From an uncultured Chloroflexia bacterium (lineage in GTDB: Bacteria > Chloroflexota > Chloroflexia > Thermomicrobiales > UBA6265): a DNA stretch of 64,000 nucleotides. Below, one piece after another: positions 1-9,733 of the stretch. The DNA is taken from NCBI GenBank assembly GCA_963724295.1, contig CAVRUC010000010.1, positions 256,001 through 320,000 on the forward strand, in the 5' to 3' direction. Each line of letters starts with the position of its first letter. Positions within the stretch are counted from its first letter, which is position 1. Made by a program: the position numbers and the translations under genes. The notes beneath the pieces were generated by a model. The model made no database searches and was not told the origin of the DNA. It saw nothing but the letters and a program-made list of their open reading frames with translations.

Positions 1-427
1 CCACATTGCCGATGCGGTATTCGTGGTCCAGGAGGTTGCCCTGGATCTCGAGGTCAGGACCATCGCCGATCTTGACCGTGTAGCGTTCCCGCAGCGGGGT
101 GATCATTGCCTTATGCACCATCGCCATACGCTGGCCGTTCGGCCCCTCGATCTCCATCGAGTCCCGGACGCGGGCGACCCGTTCCTGGATCTTGCAGGCC
201 TCATGGCCCTGCATGTCCCGAAAGACCAGGGTGTCGCGCATCCGCAAGGCTTTGCCATCGACTTTGAAGGCGCGCTGACCCTGGTCGTTCTCGATGAAGA
301 AGTCATCACCGATCGAGACCAGTTTCTCGACCATCCGATACCGGTTGCCGGCCGTCGACGGTGCGGCCGCGGGGCCGGCCGCCGGAGCGGCGGGTGCATC
401 CGCCTCGCCTCTGCGTCGCCTCAACAT
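1..427 (-). CDS. LURP-one-related/scramblase-like (YxjI-like) protein, runs off window
   Basis: Manual translation from ATG 427 (SD AGGAG upstream): MLRRRRGEADAPAA...NRYRMVEKLVSIGDDFFIENDQGQRAFKVDGKALRMRDTLVFRD..., typical of the LURP-one family. Not in the ORF track because it lacks a stop in the window. Confidence 0.8.
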   Translation of the reverse strand, partial: MLRRRRGEADAPAAPAAGPAAAPSTAGNRYRMVEKLVSIGDDFFIENDQGQRAFKVDGKALRMRDTLVFRDMQGHEACKIQERVARVRDSMEIEGPNGQRMAMVHKAMITPLRERYTVKIGDGPDLEIQGNLLDHEYRIGNV

Positions 428-840
428 GAAAATCGCTCCTTTTCTGTGCTCGAACGGATCCGGTGTCATGCTGCTCCCAGCACGCCCGCGGGCACGTGGA
501 CGACGGCCCAGTGATGGATCCGCACCGAGCCTAGCCCGCGTCGGGTCGTAGCCACATGCGGCGAACGGAGTATTCGGCTTGTGAGGCGAGCGACCGAGTT
601 GGGTGACAGGGTGATCGACCGGTTATGGGACGGAGTCCAACGACGCATTCGGCCTGCTGAAGCTCCAGGTCACCCTCAGCGATCGCGGCGCGCACCGGGT
701 CCAGCCCCAGTCTCCGGCGGGACCACGTCGCGCGCGTGTGCCGCCCGTGTCAGCGCCTCCTGCTCGGCGGCCCGCCACGGCCAGCGTCCATCGATTGCGA
801 TGTCGATGCTCAGAAAACCCCGATGGAGCCAGTCATGGGA

Positions 841-2398
841 CTAATGGCGTTTGCCAGCTTGCTCCATCAGGGCCAGCAAATGCGGCAGGAAGCAGCGGCG
901 GACCTCGGATGCGCCGCGCAGGCTCGGCTCGATCGTATGCGTGCACCAGGTCGGGTCACCGCTCAGGAAATGACCGTGGAGATCGACGAGTGCGCCGTAC
1001 CTGGCGGCGAGTTCGGCGAGCACGGCGTTGACGCGGCGATGGTTCTCGCGAGCTAGCTCAGGATCGACGCCCGTGAAGTTGAGGGCGTCGTCGCCGAACG
1101 TCGGATCATAGACATTCCCCAAAAGCACCGGCCGCACGGGGAGATCGCGCAGGAACGCGTCGAGCGCGGTGGCGAAGGCGGCGATGCCCGGGCCGCGATC
1201 GACGAGTAATCCCCGCAGCAAGTCATTGCCGCCGACCGTCAGGATCGCGGCGGCCTTCTCGCTCGGAGCAAGGTTCCGGGCTTGTGCCGGGAGGGAGTCG
1301 ACCGTAGCGCCGTCGACCGCTCGATGCTCGAGTCGGACCGCGACCGTGTGACGAGAGGTCCTGGCCCCGGAATTCCGGGAAGAGCTCGTCGTCGTTGCGA
1401 ATGAGGAGCTGTCCCGGATCCAGATCCCGGTCGTTGTACCACCTGGAGTCGAGGATGGAATCGCCAAAGGTGTAGAGCGTGAAGGGCGGGCTCTGGTGGT
1501 CACGACTTGCGGCGGGGACCGATTCATCCGTGTCGGCGGCGGTGGGCGTCGCGGCCGAATCGTTCGCGTCGTCGACCGATACGAACCAGTCCAGTGCCTG
1601 GCGGGCGATATCGGAGGGGACCGTGTGCGGGCCATCGAATTCGACGTACTCCACGTCGTAACCGGCTCGTGCCAGCTGAGGCACGATCCTGCGACTGGTG
1701 CGGTCGATGGCCAGGACCCGATCGTTAAGGCCGTGGGAAATGAATAGGCGCGGTTCACCGCGCTGATCCGCGGGAGCCATGAATCCGGGGGAAAACGCCA
1801 TTACCTGCCCAAAGAGGTCGCCGTTGGTGATGCCAAGCGATACGGCATACGAGGCGCCGTCCGAAAACCCGGCCACCGCGAGCAGTTCCGGGTCGACGGC
1901 ACAGCGGGCGAACGCGGCGGCCAGGGCCCGGTCGATGAACGCGACGTCCGGTCCATAGCCACCGCGAATGACGTCCCACGTGGACTGGCGCGATGCGGGG
2001 GAGAGCAGAATCAGCCCGGCCTCATCGGCGAGATCGCGCAGGGGGTAGAGACCAGAGGTCGCGTCGCCCCCCGCCCCATGCAGCGAGAGCACGAACGGCG
2101 CCGGCTGATCGGCCCGGTAGCCGGCGGGCACCAGCAGGAGCGCGTCCCGGTCGCGGTCGAGTCCCAGCGCGTGCAGACCCGGCGACACCGTCTCCGTCGG
2201 TGGTCCTGGACGCGCCAGGAGACGCCCCTCCTCGGGGCCCGGTGTCCCGCTGTCCTGCCCAACCTGACCCGCCATCGAGGAGCTCTCTCCCAGCCGCGTG
2301 AGTCCGTTAGCCGCCGCCAACCCGGCGAACAGGCTTGCGGCACGAGCGAGCAAGCCCCTCCGTGGTAGTAGCCGCCTCACCCAGCCCGAGCCTCGCAC
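841..2398 (-). CDS. Exported phospholipase/carboxylesterase (alpha/beta hydrolase) fused to an SGNH/GDSL hydrolase; one frameshift near 1343
   Basis: ORF 1223..2398 has an RR-type leader, LHGAGG, GFSDG, HGLND and FDGPH, then the GDSL block I FGDSIL. ORF 841..1758 continues in another frame with AVDGAT, TVGGNDL, NVYDP and IEPS. Confidence 0.7.
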
Positions 2399-2540
2399 GC
2401 CATCCCGCTTCCTACCGCCGTGGACTATTGCCGCGGCGCAAGGAAGCCGTTACGCACGAGCGAGACCAACAGGAGACCCGCCGCGGTGACGTTTGCGGGG
2501 TGAGCCGAACAGCCGGTGAATGGTCGAGATCTCCGCGTCT

Positions 2541-3404
2541 TCAGGGCGCGGTTGGGTCGCCCGCGAAGACATAGGCGTTGATGCTGCCTCGCGATTGCAT
2601 CGCATCGAAGTAGATGCGCGTAGTCCGTTCATCCTGCCGCGTGACCTGGTTGCTGCTGGGAATGAAATAGTCGCCGTATCCGGGGGCAAATGCCTCGGCG
2701 GTGAGATCGACGAAGTAGGTTCCGCTCGGTAGTCCTTCCCAGGTGGTGGTCGCTCCGCTCACAGTCGCCTCGTCGGCGCCGAGCGGAGCATCGAACTCTT
2801 CGCTGGCGAGACTCCACTGCACGAGTGGCTCGGCCGAGGGTGCGCAGGCGTCCGTTTCCAGCGTGGCCAGGGTCATCCCCTCGGGACAGGCGAAGGTCTC
2901 GACGCTGAACGTCCCGGAAGCGTCCTGCGACGAGGTGGCAAAGTCAAACTCGCCTGCCCTGGCCACCGCCGCGAAGAGCAGAATCGCCTCGCCATCGCCG
3001 GCATTGCGCAGCGCCAGACGTGCTCGTTCACCGGAGGAGACCGCGTCGCCAGGGGCGAGGATCGTCTCTGCGCCGGGAGTTAGCGGCACGGTCCCATTGC
3101 CCCCAGCCAAAGTGAGATTCACCTCGGCCTCGGTAGGCTGGAGCGAGATGCCGACGCGCCCTTCTTCAAGAAGGATGACGGAGGCGCGGGGACCGTCGCT
3201 CGCGGGGATGCTCGCTCCCGGCTCGATCTTGATGCGGAGCATCACCAGCTCATCGCCCGTCGCGCCGGCAGGCACTCGTCCCAGGGCCTCTACCGATACG
3301 CCGGGGTACAACTCTCCTGACTGCTGGTCCGCATACGCCCTCTCGCCGAGCAGAGCGGTACTCAGCGCTAGCATCAGTAGCAGCATGAACAAGCGTCGTC
3401 TCAT
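2541..3404 (-). CDS. Secreted cupin-like domain protein with C-terminal beta domain
   Basis: Signal peptide MRRRLFMLLLMLALSTALLGERAYA; cupin-like strands RIKIEPGASIP...LAPGDAV...LRNAGDGEA; SD GAGGAG. Confidence 0.6.
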   Translation of the reverse strand: MRRRLFMLLLMLALSTALLGERAYADQQSGELYPGVSVEALGRVPAGATGDELVMLRIKIEPGASIPASDGPRASVILLEEGRVGISLQPTEAEVNLTLAGGNGTVPLTPGAETILAPGDAVSSGERARLALRNAGDGEAILLFAAVARAGEFDFATSSQDASGTFSVETFACPEGMTLATLETDACAPSAEPLVQWSLASEEFDAPLGADEATVSGATTTWEGLPSGTYFVDLTAEAFAPGYGDYFIPSSNQVTRQDERTTRIYFDAMQSRGSINAYVFAGDPTAP

Positions 3405-3484
3405 CGAAGGCTCCTCATGGAAGACGCCAGAGCATGGCAATGGCGTTCGCAAGATACCCCTACTCGCCACAGCGCGTTCCCTTA

Positions 3485-3528
3485 CCCATCACCCCATCAC
3501 CCTATCACCCTGACACCCGTCACCCAAT
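3485..3528. repeat. Degenerate 8-mer tandem repeat (CACCCnnn family)
   Basis: accccatc accctatc accctgac acccgtc acccaatc, between divergent genes. Confidence 0.7.
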
Positions 3529-3608
3529 CCGCCGCCCGCCGAACAGGCGAACCGCCTGTGCTACCGTATCGCGCGCGAAAGAGGACGGTGAGAGCGAAGG
3601 GCGATGGC

Positions 3609-4523
3609 ATGGCCGCGGACGAGTTTGCGTTTCTCGACCCCAGGTTCAGCAAGTGCATCAATCCCACGGCCCGTGTCTACCGGCTCTTCGAGGGCTGCGC
3701 CTGGGCGGAGGGACCAGCCTGGTCACCGGGCTGGCGCTCGCTCGTCTGGAGCGATATTCCGAACGATCGCCAGCTCCGCTGGGATGAGTCCAGCGGCTCC
3801 GTCGGCGTCTTTCGCCACCCGGCCGGCCACACGAACGGCAACACCGTCGATCGCCAGGGGCGCCTCCTCAGCTGCGAGCACGGCGGGCGGCGCGTGAGCC
3901 GCACCGAGTTCGACGGTACGGTCATCACCATCGCCGATAGCTACGAGGGCAAGCGCCTCAACAGCCCGAACGACGTCGTCGTCAAATCGGACGACTCCAT
4001 CTGGTTCACCGACCCCGCCTATGGCATCGAGTCGGATTACGAGGGGCACCGCTCGGAGATGGAGCTCGACGGCTGCCATGTCTTCCGCGTCGACCCCGCC
4101 ACCGGCGACATGCGGATCGTCGCCGACGATTTCGTGCGGCCGAACGGCATCGCCTTCTCGCCGGACGAGCGCCTGCTCTACGTCTCTGACACCGGCGCGA
4201 CGCATGGCCCCGACGGTCCGCGTCACATCCGCCGCTTCACCGTCAACGACGATTCCACCCTCTCCGGAGGCGAGGTCTTCGCCACCTGCACGGCCGGGCT
4301 CTTCGATGGCTTCCGGCTCGACGTCGAGGGCCGGGTCTGGACCAGCGCCGCCGATGGCGTCCATGTCTTTGACCCCGACGGGACCATGATCGGCAAGGTC
4401 CTCGTGCCGGAGGTCGTCGCCAATGTCGAGTTCGGCGGCCCCAAGCGCAACCACCTCTTCATCTGCGGCACGACCTCCCTCTACACGGTCAAGGTGATGA
4501 CCAACGGGGCGCAGCGTATCTGA
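3609..4523 (+). CDS. SMP-30/gluconolactonase/LRE family protein
   Basis: WAEGPAW, NSPNDVV, FTDPAYG, PNGIAFSPDE, DGFRLD motifs. Confidence 0.92.
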   Translation: MAADEFAFLDPRFSKCINPTARVYRLFEGCAWAEGPAWSPGWRSLVWSDIPNDRQLRWDESSGSVGVFRHPAGHTNGNTVDRQGRLLSCEHGGRRVSRTEFDGTVITIADSYEGKRLNSPNDVVVKSDDSIWFTDPAYGIESDYEGHRSEMELDGCHVFRVDPATGDMRIVADDFVRPNGIAFSPDERLLYVSDTGATHGPDGPRHIRRFTVNDDSTLSGGEVFATCTAGLFDGFRLDVEGRVWTSAADGVHVFDPDGTMIGKVLVPEVVANVEFGGPKRNHLFICGTTSLYTVKVMTNGAQRI

Positions 4524-5059
4524 TGCCCCTGCCCCCTCCCGCCTCGCCGCGCCTCGAGTTCCGGCCGCTGACGATTGCGGCGATCGAGGCCCTCATCGCC
4601 GGCGATCGCGAGGCGTTGGAAGCGGAGACACGCGCCAGGTTTCCCGAGCCGCTGTCCGCCCCGCCCGAGATGGACCACGCCCTGCCCGCCATGCGCGATA
4701 GCCTGCGGGACGACCCTGAGTCCGCCTTCTGGGGCCCTTTCCTGATCGTCGCGCTGGAGACCGGGGAAGCCGTCGGGTCGGCCGGGTTCGTTTCCCAGCC
4801 CAGTCGCGGCGGCCAACGGGAGCTTGGCTACAGCGTCTACCCGTCCTTCCAGGGCCAGGGCATCGCCTCGGAAGCCGCGTCAGCCCTCGTCGCCTGGGCG
4901 CTGGCGCAACCAGGAACTCGCGGCGTACGGGCGACGATTCCACCGTGGCACGTCGCCTCACAGCGCGTCGCCACTCATGCCGGATTGCACCGCACCGGCC
5001 GCATGGAGACCGATCCCGACGAGGGACCAGTCGAGGTCTGGGAGCGGTCACGGGAGTAG
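4523..5059 (+). CDS. GNAT N-acetyltransferase (RimJ/RimL-like)
   Basis: ELGYSVYPSFQGQGIASEA acetyl-CoA motif; TGATG overlap with the upstream gene. Confidence 0.85.
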   Translation: MPLPPPASPRLEFRPLTIAAIEALIAGDREALEAETRARFPEPLSAPPEMDHALPAMRDSLRDDPESAFWGPFLIVALETGEAVGSAGFVSQPSRGGQRELGYSVYPSFQGQGIASEAASALVAWALAQPGTRGVRATIPPWHVASQRVATHAGLHRTGRMETDPDEGPVEVWERSRE

Positions 5060-5060
5060 C

Positions 5061-6416
5061 ATGAAACCACGCCGCAAGCCCTTTCCGCCCTTGTTGCGAA
5101 CGAGCTTCCTGGCGATCGCGCTCGCCGTGATAACGAGTGGAGCGGTCGGCGGCGCCCTCGCCCAGGACGATGATGCCAACGCCGCGCGGAAGCGCGAGCT
5201 CGAGGCGAATCTCGATCGCGTCGCCCGCGAGACGGCCGAGCTACGGGAGCTCCCTCCGCTCGCCGAGATCGACGATGTCCTCGTCTCCCAGGACGAGATG
5301 CTGGCGATGGTGCCCGAGCTGATTGCCAAGGAGATGGCCCCCGCGGACGCCATCGCCCAATCGCGCTCCCTGGCCGCACTGGGACTCATCCCCGCGGGCA
5401 CGGATCTCTTCGATTTGACCGTGCGGCTGATGAGCGAGCAGGCAGCCGGCTTCTACGATCCCCTCAGCGACGAGATGCTCGTCCTCTTCGATGGCAATCC
5501 AGGCCTGACCGAATATATCTACTCCCATGAGGTCATCCATGCCCTGCAGGATGCCTACCTCGACCCTGACGATCTGATGGAGGATCTCAGCGGGTTGAAC
5601 GGCGATGAGCAACAGGCTGCGGTCGCGCTCTACGAGGGGGATGCGACGGCTGGGTCGGCGGCTTACCTGGAGGAACACCCCGCGCTCGTAGGCGCGTTCC
5701 TGCGTGAGATCGGGCGCGATTCCCCGGTGATGGACGAGGCGCCGGCGTCAGTCGAGATTGCGCTCCTGTTCCCATACATCACCGGGGCGAGCTTTGTTGA
5801 CCGCCTCCTTGTCGAAGGGGGCTGGGATGCGGTCAACGCCGCCTACGTCGACATGCCGACGTCGACAGAGCAGATCCTGCACCCGCTCAAGTACCTCGAG
5901 CGGGACGAGCCCTCGCTCGTGGCGCTGCCCGATCCCACCGCGCTCGGCGCCGGCTGGCGCGTTGTCGACGAGGACACGCTCGGCGAGCTGCAAACCGCCG
6001 TGCTCCTCGCCGACTTCGAACCCGGGGAGGGCGTCAACGGCATCACCGGCGACATCGCGCTGCCGGAATCGGCCCGCAACGCCGCCGCCGGGTGGGACGG
6101 CGACCGCTTCGCCCTCTGGGAGGACGGCGACGGCGAGCGAGAGGTCCTTGTCTGGCGGTCGGTCTGGGACACACCACAGGATGCGCGCGCCTTCAGCCGC
6201 GCCCTCGCCCAGTTCGGCAACGGCCGTTGGCACGGCCTCTTCAATGGAGAGAGCCCTGACGACGTGGCGCTCGTCACCCCCGAGATCGCCGCGCGCATCC
6301 TCCTCGACGGCCAGCAAGTCCTCTACGTGCAGGCACCCGATCTACCTTTGGCCGACGCCGCGCTGGCCGCGCTCCAGACCGCGCCTCCGCCCAATCCCGC
6401 GCCAAGCCCGGATTGA
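5061..6416 (+). CDS. Secreted putative zinc metallopeptidase (HExxH...EGDA)
   Basis: Signal peptide ending ALA-QD; GFYDP, HEVIHALQD, EGDAT, FPY..G, P.STEQILHP..Y, AAAGWDGD. Confidence 0.7.
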   Translation: MKPRRKPFPPLLRTSFLAIALAVITSGAVGGALAQDDDANAARKRELEANLDRVARETAELRELPPLAEIDDVLVSQDEMLAMVPELIAKEMAPADAIAQSRSLAALGLIPAGTDLFDLTVRLMSEQAAGFYDPLSDEMLVLFDGNPGLTEYIYSHEVIHALQDAYLDPDDLMEDLSGLNGDEQQAAVALYEGDATAGSAAYLEEHPALVGAFLREIGRDSPVMDEAPASVEIALLFPYITGASFVDRLLVEGGWDAVNAAYVDMPTSTEQILHPLKYLERDEPSLVALPDPTALGAGWRVVDEDTLGELQTAVLLADFEPGEGVNGITGDIALPESARNAAAGWDGDRFALWEDGDGEREVLVWRSVWDTPQDARAFSRALAQFGNGRWHGLFNGESPDDVALVTPEIAARILLDGQQVLYVQAPDLPLADAALAALQTAPPPNPAPSPD

Positions 6417-6464
6417 ATTCCGGAACCTAGCCGGTCACTATGCCAAAGGAGAGCGCGATCGTGA

Positions 6465-6510
6465 TTGTCAGCTTGGCCCATCAGGCTTTAGACTAGTCTG
6501 CGACTAGTCG
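6465..6510 (+). promoter_or_regulatory. vapBC promoter with two palindromic operators
   Basis: TTGTCA (6465-6470), 18 bp spacer, TAGACT (6489-6494); palindromes AGACTAGTCT (6490-6499) and CGACTAGTCG (6501-6510). Confidence 0.6.
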
Positions 6511-6526
6511 ATCTGGAGAGCCATGA

Positions 6527-6769
6527 ATGAGAACGATCGGTGCATATGAAGCAAAGACGCGTTTCGGTGAGTTGTTGAGAGAGGTAGAGAACGGCGAAAC
6601 CATTATCGTCACCCGTCACGGCTTCCCCGTGGCCCGGCTAATTCCGATGGCCAAGGAGGCCGACGATGTGGCCGCGGCTATGGAGGAGATCCATCGCTTT
6701 CGCCGTGAGCATCGCCCAACACTGGGGGGAATCACGCTGCGCGAGCTCATTGAAGAAGGTCGTGAGTGA
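6527..6769 (+). CDS. vapB: Phd/YefM family antitoxin
   Basis: MRTIGAYEAKTRFGELLREVENGETIIVTRHGFPVARLIP; stop overlaps the toxin start. Confidence 0.9.
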   Translation: MRTIGAYEAKTRFGELLREVENGETIIVTRHGFPVARLIPMAKEADDVAAAMEEIHRFRREHRPTLGGITLRELIEEGRE

Positions 6770-7185
6770 CCCCCTTTGTGCTCGATGCTTCGGTCGCGCT
6801 GTCATGGTTTTTTGAGGATGAGTTTTCTCTGTACTCCTCGTCGATAGCCGAAATCATGCCGCGAAGTCAGGCGGTGGTTCCGATCATTTGGCCGCTTGAA
6901 ATGGCTAATGGCTTTTTGACCGCGTTTCGACGAGGAAGACTTCCAGAAACAAAGGCTCCAGCGTTGATTGGCGCCTTGGATCGGCTGCGAGTTGACATTG
7001 ATCGAGGAATTGCCCCCGAATTTCTCGCCCAGACGACCCTGACCGTCGGGCTAGCTCATCGCCTGTCCGCCTATGACGCAAGCTACCTGGAGCTGGCGAT
7101 GCGTCGCGGGATGCCAATCGCCACCCAGGACCAGAAGCTGGTTAAGGCCGCGGCCGACACAGGCGTCCACGTCCTCCAGCCCTGA
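6766..7185 (+). CDS. vapC: PIN-domain toxin VapC
   Basis: FVLDASV, EMAN, LSAYDASYLELA, IATQD acidic PIN residues. Confidence 0.9.
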   Translation: MTPFVLDASVALSWFFEDEFSLYSSSIAEIMPRSQAVVPIIWPLEMANGFLTAFRRGRLPETKAPALIGALDRLRVDIDRGIAPEFLAQTTLTVGLAHRLSAYDASYLELAMRRGMPIATQDQKLVKAAADTGVHVLQP

Positions 7186-7209
7186 CGGCTCTTTACCGCA
7201 TCCACCGCT

Positions 7210-8006
7210 TCAGCCCGCGGCAACCTTCGCGGCGAACGTCTCCAGGTCATCGTCGATGACGATCGTCATCCGCGGCACGACATACCGTTCGCTGACATCG
7301 AGATCGGCCGCGGTTGCACCAAGACCGAAGGCACGATGATGCCCGCCGCCTCGGCGGCCTCGATCGTGCTCTCGCTCACATCGCCGTAGGGCCACGCGAG
7401 AAAGCGCACCGATTCTCCGGTGATCTCCTGGAGGTAGGCCCGGTTCTCGGCGATCTCCGCGACCTGGCTCTCGTAGTCCAGCCCGCTGAGGGCGACGTGG
7501 GAGACCGTGTGAGCTTCGACCGAGCCCCGCTCCGCCAGCGACCGAATCTGGCGCCGGGTCAAGGGGGAGACGTTGTTGACAAAATAGGTTCCGACCAGAT
7601 CGTACCGGTCGAGGATTCTGGCGAACCTCCTCACACTCGGGTCGCCATCATCATTTGTCAGGATCACGGAGTTCGGCGGCAACTCCGCTAGACCGCGTGC
7701 CGCCCGCCAGAAGTGGCGCAACGTGATCGACGTGTAGCCGTGCTCGACCAGCCAGCGACACTGTTTGTTGAGCTGCCGCGGCGTGATCGAATACGTATTT
7801 CCCGACTCGTCAACCGTGTGGTACACCAGAATCGGCACCCGGTCAGCAGCGCCTTGCGTCGCGGTGAGTGGCACCGCCAAGGAAGCGATACACGTCCCCG
7901 ACCATAAGAGAACGAGTAGTAGTCCGCTCAATAGCGAACGGTATCCGCGCGCTGCTCGGATCACAGCCCGCAACGGCCATCCTCCGCACTTGTCCTGTGA
8001 CGCCAC
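7210..8006 (-). CDS. Secreted polysaccharide deacetylase (CE4); frameshift near 7335
   Basis: VPILVYH, LTNDDG, EAHTVSH, LAWPYG; the C-terminus AFGLGA...VPRMTI continues in ORF 7210..7395. Start uncertain. Confidence 0.75.
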
Positions 8007-8159
8007 TCTCGGGAACCGCAGGCGGTATCAAACAGCTGAACGCCGACACGGTTAGCGTTCGCAGCGTTCCCCCATTCGCGTTGGCCACATGATTCGCTCT
8101 CAGGGCCGTCTGCGTCCGCGTCTGGCTTAGGAGTGAACGTACGCTCGCCGGATCAGGTC

Positions 8160-8351
8160 GTCAATAGACTCCATGATGCCCGCTCGAATTGCCGCCGTCC
8201 GCTATTGGCGCTGTGTTGCCGTCATCCCCACTTGTAGCAGGCGGGCTATCAGCCACCCGACCACGAGAAGGATCAGCTCGCCGACCACTCTACCGGGGAT
8301 CTAGTTCTGAACCCAGATCTAGGTCTCTTGCAGACTATTGAGATTCGGCAT
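8160..8351 (-). pseudogene. Decayed remnant resembling an MscS/CmpX-type TM-helix protein N-terminus
   Basis: SD GAGGGAG plus ATG 8351: MPNLNSLQET*IWVQN*IPGRVVGELILLVVGWLIARLLQVGMTATQRQ*. Confidence 0.35.
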
Positions 8352-8750
8352 GGTTTCGCTCCCTCGGTTGTTCGCCGTCTAGTTTCTGCTGCGTGATCCC
8401 GTCTTAGGTGGCGTTTCACATTCTGCGCCACTCGGCACTAGCTTCGAGCCCCCACAGATCGACAAGTCCAGCGGGGTCAACCTCATGATCGCGCTCTCGT
8501 GCTGAATACGGCAGGATCGCCGGTCTTGTTCGCTGGTCGAGGTTGGATCGGGGATCGGCAAAGGGATCGCCGGCCTTGACCCCCTGACATCGGCACAACT
8601 CTGTGGAATCAGTACAAAGTAAACATAACTTGCGTGAGTGGCACGTGATATGCAATACCCGCTCCGGTAACTTCGCCGATGGTCGGCGGGTCTATCGGAT
8701 TCGCGGTGCAGTGAATGGACCACTACGCGAACCCGCAAGGAGTACTTATC

Positions 8751-9347
8751 ATGTCGCCGGATCGAATCGAAGCACTGAGCCGGAGTCTGGCTGACTCCGC
8801 CTCGCGCCGTAGCCTGCTGAAGCTCCTCGGAGTTGGTGCGGCGGGCACCGTGGTGACTGCGGTCGGCCTGAATACCGCCGGGGGACCGAACGAGGTCCTC
8901 GCCGCCGAGATCGTAAATCAGTTGACGGAGCTTCCGGTTTCCGGCAGCCGCGGCGATACCCGCTTCCGCGGAAAACTCACCATCAATTCGTTCCGGGAAG
9001 AGGGTGGGAAGATCGTCGCCGACGGTACGGTGACAGGCAAGGCCATCAAGAACGGCCGCTCGAGACGAATCTCCGGAGACGTCGTGGTGCCGGTCACGGT
9101 GCAGAGGTCCGAGGTTGAGATCGTGGCGATCTGCCAGATTCTCAACCTCGTTCTGGGACCGATCGACCTGAACCTGCTTGGGCTGCGGCTGCGGACGAAC
9201 ACTATTCGCGTCCGGTTGACGGCAGACAGCGAGGGTGGCTTGTTGGGTTCGATCCTGTGCGGTCTGTCCGGTGCCGGGCCCGATGGGCTTGGCCTGCAAG
9301 CGATTATCGACCTCCTCAACGACATCCTGGCAGCGCTTAACCCGTAA
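8751..9347 (+). CDS. Tat-exported hypothetical protein with C-x-ILNLVLGPIDLNLLGL...LLGSILC domain
   Basis: SD AAGGAG; SRRSLLK twin-arginine motif; Cys-bracketed Leu-rich C-terminal domain. Confidence 0.75.
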   Translation: MSPDRIEALSRSLADSASRRSLLKLLGVGAAGTVVTAVGLNTAGGPNEVLAAEIVNQLTELPVSGSRGDTRFRGKLTINSFREEGGKIVADGTVTGKAIKNGRSRRISGDVVVPVTVQRSEVEIVAICQILNLVLGPIDLNLLGLRLRTNTIRVRLTADSEGGLLGSILCGLSGAGPDGLGLQAIIDLLNDILAALNP

Positions 9348-9397
9348 CGGCGCAAAGAGCGAGCACCGATCGCGGGCTGCATCCGCGATGATCGACC

Positions 9398-9426
9398 GAA
9401 GGGGGGAGGCCCAGCCTCCCCCCTTC
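9398..9426. terminator. Perfect 13-bp hairpin
   Basis: GAAGGGGGGAGGC-CCA-GCCTCCCCCCTTC, between convergent genes. Confidence 0.55.
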
Positions 9427-9470
9427 ATCATGCCTCGTACTGTGAGACGAGCCAACCACGTATGACGAAT

Positions 9471-9493
9471 GCGTGCCTTCCTGGCACGCTTTT
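9471..9493 (+). terminator. Intrinsic terminator
   Basis: GCGTGCC-TTCCT-GGCACGC-TTTT. Confidence 0.55.
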
Positions 9494-9733
9494 GCGGGTG
9501 TCCGTAGAACGGCGGTCGGTTTCCCCTTCCCGCCCGGCCGCCACTGAAATCTCCAGCCCGGACCCCTGCGCGCCTCCCGTCAATTCCCGGGAGGCGTCTC
9601 GGTGTTCTCGGGATGCTCAATAACTCTCAGTTCAGGTAGCGCGTGATGTCATCGAATCTTGCGTCATCTAGTTCTGCCCACGGCGAGACCGCGGCAATCG
9701 CCTAGATGGCGTACAAACGGTCGAGTCAGGAGT

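Noticed and set aside
8160..8351. Amber recoding (three in-frame TAG)
   Set aside because: TAG is a normal stop for many genes in this window and no pyl genes are present; decay is simpler.
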